64,000 nucleotides of DNA from Naegleria gruberi (taxonomy: Eukaryota): the NCBI GenBank assembly GCA_000004985.1, contig GG738877.1; one strand, 5' to 3'. Both the position numbers and the translations under genes were made by a program. Shown here one piece after another: positions 44,840 to 56,594 of this stretch (within the stretch, counting starts at the first letter, position 1; the number at the start of each line of letters is the position of its first letter). The notes beneath the pieces are model-generated. The model saw only the letters and a program-made list of their open reading frames with translations, was not told where the DNA came from and did not search any database.

Positions 44840-46648
44840 TTATGCCATATCAGATATTTCCTTATCCTGTCTCAATCTTGAGAGGCTATAGGCTGGGGAG
44901 GCTTTTTTAGTAGGCAGAGATCTACCAACAATTGAGGCTCTAATATTCCATTCATCCTCTGAATCGGACAATTGAGCCGGAGATGCTGATCTAAGAGTCT
45001 TCTTATCAGCATTACCAAATCTGTAAATCTTTGCATCAGAACCAACAAGATTGACTTCACCATCTTCGTCTTCTCTGAATTCCATAGCACTCACTGATCT
45101 TTGATTGGCAATCTTATCAATTATACTGAGGGCACTTAGAGTTTGATTTGAAAGTGGTCTACTACCTGCATTACTGACATCTGTTGCACTCTTCTTATTT
45201 GGAACGTTACCCTTTTGCATCTTGTGGTATGCACTGTTACCGAAAATATGAGGCATTCTTTCCTTTGGTGGAGAGGTAGTGCTTCTATTAACAATATTCA
45301 GTGGATCATCCTGCGTAGATTTGATCTTCTTGGCCGATGGACGAGCTTCTTCACGAACAATTGAATTGGCCATGTTTTGGCTATTTGAGAGAGGAATGCT
45401 TTGACGCCTCGAAGGGCTACCATTAGAGGAAGCAAATGAAAAATTGGCTGTTGGTGGATTTTCCTTAAGTTGCAGAACTTCCTTATCCAATTTGGCATAC
45501 ATTGACATGATGAATTCATAGTCTGCCTTAATCTTTTCCAATTCCTTAACATTTGATTTGAATCCTAGCAAGTGATAGACATCCTTCTTTTCCATTTTGG
45601 TATTAATTTTATCCTCCAAATCCTTCTTTGTGGCATGAATATTCAAGTTGAAATCTTCCCTCAAATCTTGCTTTACAGCAGCAATTCTATGTTGAAGAGT
45701 ATCCTTAAGAGTGTCTACATAATCCTTGAGCTCATTAACCTTTGTTTGGATTTTAGTTAATGTTAAATCGCCCATATTTAGTCTGAGTGGAGCTGAAAGA
45801 TCTGAAAGACTGTTCACACTTTGAGAACTTTCTTGAGATTCTAATGGGTAATGTCTTTCAAGTGGTGATCCACTTTCTTTAGCTGTATTTGGTTCTGAAA
45901 GTTTCCTCAAGTCAAAATTATCTGGCGTAGTATATACATTTTCTTCCCTAGAAAGCTTTCTCTTAGATTTCTTCTTGTCTACAAGTGGAGTTGATTCTCC
46001 TTTGGATTTTTTATCGTCCTCCAGTATGTCATCAATTTCTATTTCTGCATCTAGTGTAATGTTTGTTCCATTATTCTTATTGAGAGACTGATTAATTCTG
46101 GAAAGTCTTGATTGTAACTTTTTAAAGTTTTCAGAATATTCACGAATAGAATCTTCCATCCTAATAGTTCTGTATTCCAATCTGTCAACCAATTGTTGGA
46201 GTGATGATGTTTTTCTGTCAGCCTTATTAGACAATTCTATCGTTGTTTTTAAGTTGTCGGTTATGGCACTATCCACTTCTTTCATTTTGTCTGCATACCT
46301 AGTTTTAAAATCTATAATATCAGCCGTTATGGAAGACACTTCTCTATCGACTGATGTTTTTACACTTGTATGAATATCTCTTCTGACACTATCAACAAGA
46401 GCTTCGTGACTTTCTTTCAGAGAGTCTCCAAACTGTATTTTAACGTCTTCCTTGACCTGATTTAGTTGTTTCCTTAATTCTGCCTGTGTAACAAATGTTT
46501 GTTCTAGTGCTGCAATACGAACGGAATTGTTTTCCGCCGTGTTGAGAATTTCCTTCAGCACTAGAATCAAATTACTCATATTAATGTTCGTATGAACATT
46601 AATAAGGTTTTCTAGTAGCAGGGAGGCATCTCCCGTTTGATTTACCAT
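44840..46648 (-). CDS. long coiled-coil protein, unknown
   Basis: A 602-aa ORF. The N-terminal two-thirds is heptad-rich (LKD...LQHRIAAVKQDL...) and the C-terminus is S/P-rich. Confidence 0.55.
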   Translation of the reverse strand: MVNQTGDASLLLENLINVHTNINMSNLILVLKEILNTAENNSVRIAALEQTFVTQAELRKQLNQVKEDVKIQFGDSLKESHEALVDSVRRDIHTSVKTSVDREVSSITADIIDFKTRYADKMKEVDSAITDNLKTTIELSNKADRKTSSLQQLVDRLEYRTIRMEDSIREYSENFKKLQSRLSRINQSLNKNNGTNITLDAEIEIDDILEDDKKSKGESTPLVDKKKSKRKLSREENVYTTPDNFDLRKLSEPNTAKESGSPLERHYPLESQESSQSVNSLSDLSAPLRLNMGDLTLTKIQTKVNELKDYVDTLKDTLQHRIAAVKQDLREDFNLNIHATKKDLEDKINTKMEKKDVYHLLGFKSNVKELEKIKADYEFIMSMYAKLDKEVLQLKENPPTANFSFASSNGSPSRRQSIPLSNSQNMANSIVREEARPSAKKIKSTQDDPLNIVNRSTTSPPKERMPHIFGNSAYHKMQKGNVPNKKSATDVSNAGSRPLSNQTLSALSIIDKIANQRSVSAMEFREDEDGEVNLVGSDAKIYRFGNADKKTLRSASPAQLSDSEDEWNIRASIVGRSLPTKKASPAYSLSRLRQDKEISDMA

Positions 46649-47118
46649 TCTCTCTGCTACAATATTCTTTGATCAATATTATATGATGATGATGATAATA
46701 CTTTAATGATTAGTTATTTTCAATCACACCAACCGACACAAAATGACGATGGTAAGGTATTAATGTCCAATGATTGTTCTATTTTTTTTCAATAGTGTAA
46801 CGTCTTTTTTTTTCGTTGACAACATCAAACAACAACTGTAAGCGTAGATTTTCTGGTGGGTTTTAAATTTGATAACAACAAGAATATAAGGGAGATATTT
46901 TTTCAACACAGCATTTCCTTAATTGTATAAAACAATGTTGAATGGAAACAATGGGTTTTCTCCAAAGAATTATCCAATGTTTGACCTAATTGTTATTATA
47001 TTCACAGCACCTATGATGATAGATTGTTTCAAGGCAGTACTATTGATAAACCGATTAATAAAAAGTGATGAATAGATGAAACCTTCATGATAAATAATTT
47101 AATGGTTGTTGTTACTGT

Positions 47119-49272
47119 TTATTTAACTTGCTTCTTACCAACCTTATCAGAGGCTGTTTGCTTTTGTTCTGGATAAGCTTGTTTAATATCTTCCCATAAC
47201 TTAATACGGTCAATCAAATCATTAAGGACAGTGATGAGATCAGAAATTGGAACAATAACTTGTTCACATGAGTCACGTTCTCTGATGGTAACAGTACCAG
47301 CTGTCACACTGTTGTCATCAATAGTGATGGCAAATGGAATACCAATATCATCAGCACGAGCATACTTCTTACCAATGTTTTGGTTACCAGCATCAACACG
47401 ATGGCTGATACCATATCTAGCCAAAGATTGTTGCAACTTCTTGACAATTTGATCTTGGTCAGCCTTGATTGGTAAAAGGGCAACCTTGTATGGAGCAATT
47501 GCTGGTGGGAGAGACAAAACAGCTCTTTGAATCTTATCTTCTTCCTTTTCATGTTCTTGCTTTGGTCTGACCCAGTAAGAATGTTCAAGGAGACAATAAA
47601 TAATACGACCAATACCGAATGATGGTTCAATAACACCAGGAGTATAATTACGACCAAGGATCTTCTTTTCACGCTTAGGGAAAGCAATGAGATCTTTGGT
47701 GAGTTCAATGGTCTTATCGATAGATTCAACTCTGAAAGAAATCTTACCAGTTTCGTCTAATTGTTTTTGTAAATCAAGTCTTTCTTGGTCAGTGAGGGAA
47801 TTCAAATAAGTCATAACTGGTTCGACATCACCCTTCAAAATCTTACCAATCTTTTGTTTGACTGGTTCGACAGCAACGAATTCTTCAACAGTTGGAGTTT
47901 CGAATGATTCATAAGCAACGAGTTCGTTCTTTGAGTATTTAGAGTGGTTTTCCAAATCGAAGCATGATCTGTTGGCAATACCAACAACTTCAATCCAACC
48001 ATATGAAGTCAACAATTCACAATCCCAACAATCACGAGCATAGTGAGCCATTTCGTTAGCCAAATGTTGACGGAATCTGATAGCAGTTGGCAAAACACCA
48101 CATTCATCCATAAACAATTTAACTCTAGCAATATAGTAGGCATGAGTCTTGTTTGTAAGCCATCCTTTTTCCATAGCTTCAGCAATAGTCAAGTCAACTG
48201 GGTTCAAACCTTGAGTTTGATTTTCACGAGAGAAGAATGGAACTCTAATAGATGAGATAGTGTCCAACTTTGGATGTTCATCAACATCTGGATTGAGGAA
48301 GTGTTCAATTTCGGCGAGAGTGAATTCTCTAACTCTGAGCAAACCAGATCTTGGTGAAATTTCATTTCTGAAAGCTTGACCAATTTGTGCAGAGGCAAAT
48401 GGCATTTGCTTACCATTATATTCCAACAAACGCTTAAAGTTGACAAAAATACCTTGGGCAGTTTCTGGACGGAGGTAACCCTTCAATTTACCAGTTGGAC
48501 CAATTGGAGTGGAGAACATCAAATTGAATGGATATGAGGCAGACAATTCATTACCAGTAGTTGGACTCTTAATACCATATTTTTGGATGAGTTCATCAAG
48601 ACCCTTTCCATCATAGTCATCAATCTTCTTCTTAACCAAAGCATATTCTTCAGTCTTTTCTTGTGTCAATTCAGAGTTTTCTTCCAACTCGGTATCAATA
48701 AATTCACCAACCAATTTATCGGCACGGAAACAGTCATTGGTAACAACATCTTTAACCATCCAATCGGCAAATCTTTGAACGTGACCAGAGGCAACAAAAA
48801 CAGTTTCAGGGGTCAAGGAAGAACAATCAACTTCGAGCATATTTTCTTCATTAACAAAGTGTCTTCTCCACAAATCCAAAATATTAGCCTTGATAGCACA
48901 AGCTGGAGGACCATAGTCATACAAACCAGCAACACCACCATAAATTTCAAAGGAAGGAATGACAAAGAATCTTCTTGTGAGCAATTCGTTGAATTCTTCT
49001 GGGTTGATGTGAAGTTTATCAGGGTTTGCTCTGTTCCATTCCTTGGTGATTTGATTAATTTCCTTCTTCATGGTATCAATTTCTTTACCCTTTTGTTTGA
49101 TGAGTTCCTTATCACCTGCTGAATTCTTCAAATTAGTAATTTCGTCCTTTAATAAACCCATTTGAACTTTCTTTTCTTGGAGTTTTCTTCCAATTTCTTC
49201 ATATGCTTCTTGAGTAGAAGTCTTTCCTCTAGCCTTGCTTTGGGAGGCCTCAGCTGATGAGTTGTTGATCAT
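47119..49272 (-). CDS. GARS: glycyl-tRNA synthetase (class II, eukaryotic type) with an N-terminal WHEP-like helix-turn-helix
   Basis: Class-II motifs are present: FRNEISPRSGLLRVREFTLAEIEHF, FFVIPSFEIYGGVAGLYDYGPP and an anticodon-binding C-terminus. The N-terminus AYEEIGRKLQEKKVQMGLLKDEITNLK is WHEP-like. Confidence 0.9.
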   Translation of the reverse strand: MINNSSAEASQSKARGKTSTQEAYEEIGRKLQEKKVQMGLLKDEITNLKNSAGDKELIKQKGKEIDTMKKEINQITKEWNRANPDKLHINPEEFNELLTRRFFVIPSFEIYGGVAGLYDYGPPACAIKANILDLWRRHFVNEENMLEVDCSSLTPETVFVASGHVQRFADWMVKDVVTNDCFRADKLVGEFIDTELEENSELTQEKTEEYALVKKKIDDYDGKGLDELIQKYGIKSPTTGNELSASYPFNLMFSTPIGPTGKLKGYLRPETAQGIFVNFKRLLEYNGKQMPFASAQIGQAFRNEISPRSGLLRVREFTLAEIEHFLNPDVDEHPKLDTISSIRVPFFSRENQTQGLNPVDLTIAEAMEKGWLTNKTHAYYIARVKLFMDECGVLPTAIRFRQHLANEMAHYARDCWDCELLTSYGWIEVVGIANRSCFDLENHSKYSKNELVAYESFETPTVEEFVAVEPVKQKIGKILKGDVEPVMTYLNSLTDQERLDLQKQLDETGKISFRVESIDKTIELTKDLIAFPKREKKILGRNYTPGVIEPSFGIGRIIYCLLEHSYWVRPKQEHEKEEDKIQRAVLSLPPAIAPYKVALLPIKADQDQIVKKLQQSLARYGISHRVDAGNQNIGKKYARADDIGIPFAITIDDNSVTAGTVTIRERDSCEQVIVPISDLITVLNDLIDRIKLWEDIKQAYPEQKQTASDKVGKKQVK

Positions 49273-49489
49273 TTTTGTTTTTTATTTTTTTTGAAAGTGT
49301 TATTCATTTTTAATTCGTTTTATTTTTGGATTTATACAATAGATGTCTATGATGTTGAAGGTGTGTAAGAATTTCGGAAAGAATGGTCAAAATGAGCAAT
49401 GCACCAGTTGAGGAGAATTTCATTATCATTCGTGCATTGAGAGAGATGTATGGAAATTCAAATTGTAAGTTTATGAAGAGGTTGAAGAG

Positions 49490-51356
49490 TTATTCATCTC
49501 GTTGGTTATTTGATTCGGTTGCCGTTTCGGTGGTTTCTTCCTTATTCTCAATCTTGTTATCCTCAATGTTATTTGTATTCTCCAACTTTTCTTCGACCAT
49601 AGGTTCTTCAGCGACTTCTAAAATATGAGGAGATTCAGGAATTGAAGGCAAATCCACAATAACAGGAATATCTTCAGGCAATTTTGGTTTTTGCTCAACT
49701 TCCTTGATTTCTTCATTATTTGAATCAGTATTGTTTCCTTCTTCTTTTAGTTCAGTTTGCTTTTGTTCAACAACTGGTTGGAACACTTGTCCCATCAAAT
49801 CCTTATAACTTTGAGGAGTTTCAACAACTTCCGAATAAATTATTGGAACTGAACTCTCAGTATAGGATGGTGGAGTAGTAAATTCCTTGGCCATTAAGGT
49901 CCTATTGCTTTCAATTAGGCTTTCAACTTGGGCAGAGAAGAGCTTTTGCTTTAACAACATTGTGTTCAATTCTTCATATTGCTTGATGTTTTCTTCTGTC
50001 AGCTGATCAAAGATGTTCTTGTAAAGCACAACATCCTTTAAATCAAAATTTGGTTTGTTAAACATTTCCTCAGAGAGTTGCTATAAGATGTCAGGTTATT
50101 TACAATAAAAGTTAGAAACTAACCTTCTCATCTAAATCTAAAATAATTTCCTCTATGTCCTTCTTTTCTTTTGGTTTTTCAGTTTCAACAGGTACTTCAG
50201 CGCAATTATTCATGTTGATTTTGAGAATGGCTTCTTGGTTATTGAATAAATGGTTTTTTCCTCCAAATATTAAGACTGACCCATCCAGATAAACACTAGC
50301 ATGCCCAAATCTCTTTGAATCTTTTTCAGTCTCGAGATTATGTGAATACTTCTTCCATTCAAATGTTGCTAAATTGAGGGAGTATAAATCATTCTTTGGG
50401 CCTCCAATGTTCCATCCACCATAAATAATCATGCTATCATTACAAACAACAGAACTATGATTTTCTCTTCCGCATGGTATATTTCCAGTGGTGCTCATTG
50501 AGGTCCAACTCAATTCGGAAAGAGAAAGCGACCAAACTTCATTGGAATATGAACCACCAACTTTACCTCCAAAAATTACTAAACTATCAGTTTGCTGATT
50601 GTAAACCATTGTGTGACCAGATCGAGGGGTAGGAGAATCACCATTCACCATTACCTTACTCCACAACTTGGTTTCATTGTCAAAAACAAATACATCGTTG
50701 AAAACACTCTCTGATCCAACTTGAGAAGAAATGCCTCCAAAGATGTACATCTTGTTGGCAACAGCTGCTGTTGAGTGTTGCTTCCTTCCTTGTGGGACTA
50801 GAGTTGTGTCTTGATCAGCATTTTCTGGAGCAACAGCCCACTCTAATTTTTCCAAGTCTAAACAATAGATACAATTATTTCCACCATTAATCCATTGATT
50901 ATCAGTTCCTCCAAAGATGATCATATTATTTTCAAATACTACTAAGGAATGACTGTCTGTTTTAGGAGGGAAATCAAAACATCTTGGCTTCTTCCATGAG
51001 ATACGCTTATTTGATTCTCCTTCAAGTATTGTAAGGCTGTTCGTCCAAAATCCACTAGAATTTTCCCCTCCATAAATGTAAACCTTATTAGCGACTGCAA
51101 TTGCTCTTTGCAAAAAATTGGCTGGTCCTTCCCCTTCAACATTAATCACAACTATATTGGAATCAGAAGATGTTGTTTCTGTTGTTCTTGTTGGAATATT
51201 ATCAATGGAAACAGTGGTAGAATCTGATATTTCGCAAGTAGTAGTGGATGGTACTTCCTCAGTAACAATGGATGTTGTTGCCGATGATGATTGCAACATT
51301 GTTGTTGATTCTTCAGGTAATACTGAAACTGGGGCTTCCTCTGATACAACAGACAT
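49490..51356 (-). CDS. Kelch-repeat beta-propeller protein with an acidic C-terminal extension; 2 exons with an intron at 50123-50081
   Basis: There are about 6 kelch blades (YIYGG.., IIFGG.., YIFGG.., VIFGG.., IIYGG.., LIFGG..). The GTTAGT donor and TATAG acceptor join ...LDLDEK|QLSEEMFNKPNF in frame. Confidence 0.7.
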
Positions 51357-51725
51357 TTTTTATTTTAATTTTTACAGTTTAAATTTGGGCGCCAATTCTG
51401 TCTTAACTGAAAACTCATTAAAATTATATTATTTGTACATTTATAACTATTTAGCAAACATTTTAGTTTGAATTAGTTTGGACGATAAGTTTTTAAAGAT
51501 TTTTCAAGAAAACATTAAAAAATCTATTGTAAACTCTAGCTAACATTATAATGTTACTCAAAGATTGTGATTCGACAATTGGGCTCAACCAGTTCACTCT
51601 TAAACCTTCACAATTAACTCATGTGGATAAATTTCCTTAACTGGATCCTATCACATTGAGACAATCCAAGACTTTTAACATCACCCTTCGTCTGTTTCAT
51701 CGATCAAAAAACTCCTACAAAAAAA

Positions 51726-53490
51726 ATGCTCAACCACTCTCGTTCCGATTTGTGGTCAGGAAAATCTTCTCGGATCATCACGAGTTATTCATCACCATCT
51801 TCATGGATGATGGTTATTGTATTGGTGTTGTTGATGATTTTTAATGTGATGATATCTTTTACTAGTGCACAATATGCACCAAATCCAATTTTATATGAAG
51901 TTTCAACTCGTCCATGGTTATATGAATTATCACAAAAGTATGGTTATCAAATTCGTTTGAACAATATTCCAATGAAGGAATTTCAAGCATTGAAAAATCA
52001 AGGAGTTCAATATATTTGGATGATGGGAATGTGGACTATTGGAAACTATGGTAGATGTAGAGCTACTGATCTTGCTATGAGAGCTACTGATTATGCAGTT
52101 AATTTACCTGATTATCAAATGAGTGATATTATTGCATCTCCATATCAAGTTTTGGAATATACTGTCAATCAACAAGAAATAGGAACTGATAATGATTTGA
52201 TTAATTTGAGACAACAATTGAATGCTATGGGATTAAAATTAATGCTCGATTTTGTTCCAAATCACAGTGCAGTTGATAATCCACTCGTTGAAACAAATTC
52301 ATCCATGTTTATTTTGGCTCCACCAAATCTTTCACCACCTTATGATGCTTATTCCTATCTTCCAAATGGAGTTGCATACGGAAAGGATGGTTATTTTCCT
52401 GCTTGGACTGATACTGCTCAATTGTAAGTGTTGAAATATATTGGTCAATATTAACTTGAAATAATTCAATAGCAATTATTGGAATCAACAGACTAGAAAT
52501 TACCAATTAGGAAATCTAATGAAAGTTGCCAGCATGGCTGATGCAATCAGATGTGACATGGCTATGTTGCCACTCAATTCTCAAATTACCAGAATCTGGG
52601 GACAACAACTCAATCAAAGAGGATACACTCAACCATCGACTGAATTTTGGCAATGGGCAATTTCAACTGTTAAGTCCAAATTCCCAAATACTATCCTTTT
52701 AGCTGAGGTTTATTGGGGTTTGAATGGAGAATTACAACAACTTGGATTTGATTTTACCTACGATAAGGATTTATATGATGCCTTGACAGCTAACAGTAAT
52801 ACTGCTAATATTCATACTTATTTCCTCAACCAACCTTTGTCTTATTTGGCTCACTCTGCTCACTTTGTAGAAAACCACGATCAATCAAGAGCTGTTGCTA
52901 ACTTTGGTTCTGTTGATAGAGCTAATGCTGGTATGTTCAAATTTTTTGCATTTTAACACGAGTTATAATTGACCAAAATAGCCTGTGCCATTTCCTTCTC
53001 TGTACCTGGTATGAAATTTAGTTATTTCGGCCAATGGGTTGGTAAGAAGAATCCACTCGTTGTTCAATTGAGAAGAAGTACCACTGAACCAGTTCAACCA
53101 GATGCTATTAATTTCTATACTGCTTTCATTCCAATTGTTGCCAACTTTACAGTTCCTGGATCAGTATTCTCATACAAGACTGTTGGTCAAAGCAATATTG
53201 CCTATCGTGTATTCGCTTTCCATTGGAGAGTTCCATCCACTGGCTACAGCTATTTGGTTACTGTTAATTATAGTGCTAATCAAGGAAATGGTGCAATCAT
53301 TCTCGATGATGTACCAAATACTAATACTGATATTATTTTTGTTGAGCTCTTCTCTGGAACTCAATATTCCAGAAATGCTCAACAAGTAAGACAAAGTGGT
53401 TTGTTTGTGGTTTTGGATAGTTATCAAGTTCAGATTTTTAAATACCAATCCACCACTCCTTCCTTTAAATTTAATATTAAAAAACATTAA
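51726..53490 (+). CDS. glycoside hydrolase family 13 (alpha-amylase-like) secreted enzyme, 3 exons
   Basis: Exons are 51726-52423, 52497-52930 and 52982-53490. It has a signal/TM N-terminus. GH13 blocks are LMLDFVPNHSAVDNP, AIRCDMAM (an R-x-D region) and FVENHDQSR. The donors are GTAAGT and GTATGT. Confidence 0.75.
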
Positions 53491-53587
53491 TTTATTCCGA
53501 ATAAATAGATACAATTTCTTTTCACATAATTATTCAAATCATCAATAAACTCCGATATCAAATCAAAATAATATTATCATCATTAAA

Positions 53588-53758
53588 TTATTTTTCGGCA
53601 CGTTTAAAAGCTTCAGTAGTTCTAAGTTGTTCTCTCTTTTGCAATTGTTGTAATTCTTGTCTGACATCTCTCTTTGGAAGACTAATTTACAAAATAATTA
53701 TTAAATATATTATTCTCATCCACACTTACTAAACAGGTGTTGCAACACCAGCAACCAT
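53588..53758 (-). CDS. tentative 2-exon micro-gene encoding a ~40-aa tail-type small protein
   Basis: The minus strand reads ATG MVAGVATPV, then a GTAAGT...AATTAG intron, then YLPKRDVRQELQQLQKREQLRTTEAFKRAEK*. A hydrophobic stretch lies upstream in the same frame. This is speculative. Confidence 0.25.
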
Positions 53759-54321
53759 GACAGCAAGAGCCAAAGTTGATAATGTGGCCACTCTCTTTCC
53801 AGGATGTCTATTCCGATGATCATTAAATTATTTTCCACAATAAAACAAACCTCCAAATATCCTTGATTAAGTCCAATGCACTTTTAACCATTTTTTAAAT
53901 TTATTAAAAATAAATGCAATGTAATCATTCATTCATAATTATTAATTCAGATTTGAAAGCCCTATTTTCTTGTGAGAGTGTAGATACCTTAGTTACTTAG
54001 TAGACGCCTTGATAGAAATAATACCAGTGGCTCATTACAGCTGCAGTAAGCCGATACGGATATGTTAAAGATAATGAAGCTCCATTTAGCTGGCTTTACG
54101 GATCCTCCTTATTGAACAAACTGTTCAAACAATTCGAAAAAAACTGAAAAAACACACTGCTTATCCAACACAGAGTTGTAGCAGAAGGAAGTTTGTTATC
54201 AAGGAAAATTGTCTTGCGCCGAAGGGTTCTCATTGAGGATTTTAATTGAGGAGGAATAAGCGTTATCATATCATCATCATAAATTGTATTATATTAACAA
54301 CGAAAAAACATATAGAGCAGT

Positions 54322-55227
54322 ATGCAAGCTAAACAACAATTGTATTATTTTGTAGATATTCAGGAACATAATTATGATTTAAAAGTTTTAGCAAGTACAT
54401 ACTTTCCTCACAGCAATATTAACGTGAGGAATATTCATCAGAGTTATGGAGTCAAGAAACGACAAGTTGAAATGTTAAAACAATATGGAGGAAACAATTA
54501 TATAGAACCTCCTGTGGAATCGTCGTTTCTCTGCTTTAAGAACAAGCTTAATCCGAGGGATAAGTTTTTAAAAACCTTCCTCGATGCCCTCCCTCAGGAA
54601 CATCCAGTTATTAGAGATGGAAAGTTGGAAATCATTCCCACAAGGGACATTGTCTATGGTGATATTATCATGTTGGAGGAAGGAAACATATGCCCAGCCG
54701 ATTGCCGATTTTTGTGGATTGATAAGGAGAAGGAGCTCCTTGTTGACATTACTTCAATTAAGGGAAAGCAGTTTCCTCCTGTACATGCCTCTCTCTTTGC
54801 AACTGATTCTCTCCCATTGAAAACTCAAAATTTAATCTTCTCAGGATGTAAAGTATTACAAGGAAAGGCAATTGCCTTGGTGATTGCAGTTGGATCTAGG
54901 TGTGTACAGGTGAGATTAATTGATTACTTGTTGAAAGAGGCTGCTATGGCGGAAGGGAAAACAATTCCAGAGGAACCAAATGAAAACACAGCAGTTCCAC
55001 TCAGTACAAGGGCTAGGTCACACAGTATGCAATATACAGCTGGTGGTCGGTCGAGTACAGATAGTAAGAGCAGTAAGGGTGACAGTTTGACAGAGAAAAA
55101 GCCACGACAAATTAATAGAGCTGCATCACTATTCAAAGCTAAACAAAGCTCACCTGTTAAAACATATAATCGAAAGTACTCTCTCACTAAGTCTTCTCCG
55201 TCCTCTTCACCACCAACGTTTGTGTAA
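54322..55227 (+). CDS. truncated P-type ATPase N-terminal-like protein, with cation-ATPase-N and actuator-domain homology only; possibly a decaying paralog
   Basis: Cation-ATPase-N block: VKKRQVEMLKQYGGNNYIEPPVESSFLCFKNKLNPRDKFL. Actuator block: VIRDGKLEIIPTRDIVYGDIIMLEEGNICPADCRFL. I see no TM1/TM2, no DKTGT motif and no N/P domains. A stop follows an S-rich tail at 301 aa. Confidence 0.55.
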   Translation: MQAKQQLYYFVDIQEHNYDLKVLASTYFPHSNINVRNIHQSYGVKKRQVEMLKQYGGNNYIEPPVESSFLCFKNKLNPRDKFLKTFLDALPQEHPVIRDGKLEIIPTRDIVYGDIIMLEEGNICPADCRFLWIDKEKELLVDITSIKGKQFPPVHASLFATDSLPLKTQNLIFSGCKVLQGKAIALVIAVGSRCVQVRLIDYLLKEAAMAEGKTIPEEPNENTAVPLSTRARSHSMQYTAGGRSSTDSKSSKGDSLTEKKPRQINRAASLFKAKQSSPVKTYNRKYSLTKSSPSSSPPTFV

Positions 55228-55313
55228 ATAAAGCTGAATGAATAATTTAACTTTCTCTACGTATTTAAAATGGTATGAGACGCTAAATGATTGTTTGAAT
55301 GAAACTAGGTTAT

Positions 55314-56231
55314 TTATTTACTCAATTGAGCAATGTAGACATAGTATGGGATTTTAACTCTACCCAAAGTGAGTTTTGAAACAAGTGGAATCTTACCCAT
55401 GTTTTCTTCAACATGAACAGAATCGAAATGACCTTCAAGGTATGGCAAGTGATCGGCAGAAACATTCAATCCAAAGACCAAATTCAAAAGGGTTTGCCAA
55501 AAGACACGAGTGATAATGTTGTGTTGTTTGGCTCCCTTAGTACTCTTTCTGGAAACATAATAGTCAGTAACGGCCAAAACACCATTCTTACTCAAAAGTT
55601 CATTCTTGATCTTTTCCAACAATTCAATCCAATTTGGAACACTTGTCAAGGAATAACTAATTGTGACAAGGTCAACCTTTGATTGCAAAGCAACTTGTTG
55701 AAGTTCTTCAACAGTAATAACTTCAACTAAATCACCCAATTCTTCAACAGATTTGAGTGTAGATTGACAAGCCTTGGTATTGACAAGATAAATCTTCTTG
55801 AAGTTATTCTTCAATTCTCCATCTTTACATTGAGAAGCCATTTCCTTCAAGTCAGCTTGAGCTCCAAGATCGAGCCAAAACAATTTGGATGCACCTTTGG
55901 ATTGGACAACCTTTTCGTAAGCGAGACTTGACAATCCTTGTCTACCATGTTGGAATTGTCTGATCACTACCAAAATATAATGTAATAACAATTGTTGCAC
56001 TAAACCCCATACATATTGCAACTGTTCCTTGTAAGTCTTTGAACCGGAAATAACAGGTTCTAACAATTGACCATAGAGTGACTTTAATTGCACAATAACT
56101 AGCAAACTGTACTTGTAAATGAGAGAGGCAAGAGTCGATTCTACAACCTTGTTATAATATTCATTCTTCTTTACCTTTCCGTACAACTCACTATTCTCAA
56201 TCTTGTTCAGCACTTGATTAAATTGCTCCAT
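55314..56231 (-). CDS. class-I SAM-methyltransferase-fold-like protein, with a degenerate motif I
   Basis: Motif-like blocks are LFWLDLGAQADL (motif I-like), VDLVTISYSL (motif II-like) and LLSKNGVLAVTDY (motif III-like). The assignment is tentative. Confidence 0.4.
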   Translation of the reverse strand: MEQFNQVLNKIENSELYGKVKKNEYYNKVVESTLASLIYKYSLLVIVQLKSLYGQLLEPVISGSKTYKEQLQYVWGLVQQLLLHYILVVIRQFQHGRQGLSSLAYEKVVQSKGASKLFWLDLGAQADLKEMASQCKDGELKNNFKKIYLVNTKACQSTLKSVEELGDLVEVITVEELQQVALQSKVDLVTISYSLTSVPNWIELLEKIKNELLSKNGVLAVTDYYVSRKSTKGAKQHNIITRVFWQTLLNLVFGLNVSADHLPYLEGHFDSVHVEENMGKIPLVSKLTLGRVKIPYYVYIAQLSK

Positions 56232-56594
56232 TTTCTTCTTCTTTGATACGGACTAGTCTTAGCGTTTAAAACGTGATGTTTGTTTTTTTTAGATGTGATT
56301 AATTTGAAATGAAGGGAGAATTTCTTCGTGGTGACTTTAAAGGTCCCAACACTGCATTCACTCCATAATTCCGCGCTCGCTTGTAGATTTTTCCGTTTCC
56401 TTATTTTGAGAATTAGGAAAATCGAATAAATGATTTACGTGGAAACACGTTTCTTGGAAAATTTAATGAGATCAATTTAACGAGAGATTGAAATATTAAA
56501 CAGTAAAAATACTATTTATGTGTTTTATTAATTGCAAATCTACAGTTTATTTTGTGTAGAGTTGACTATTTGGAAGACTACAGTTTGTTTAGTG

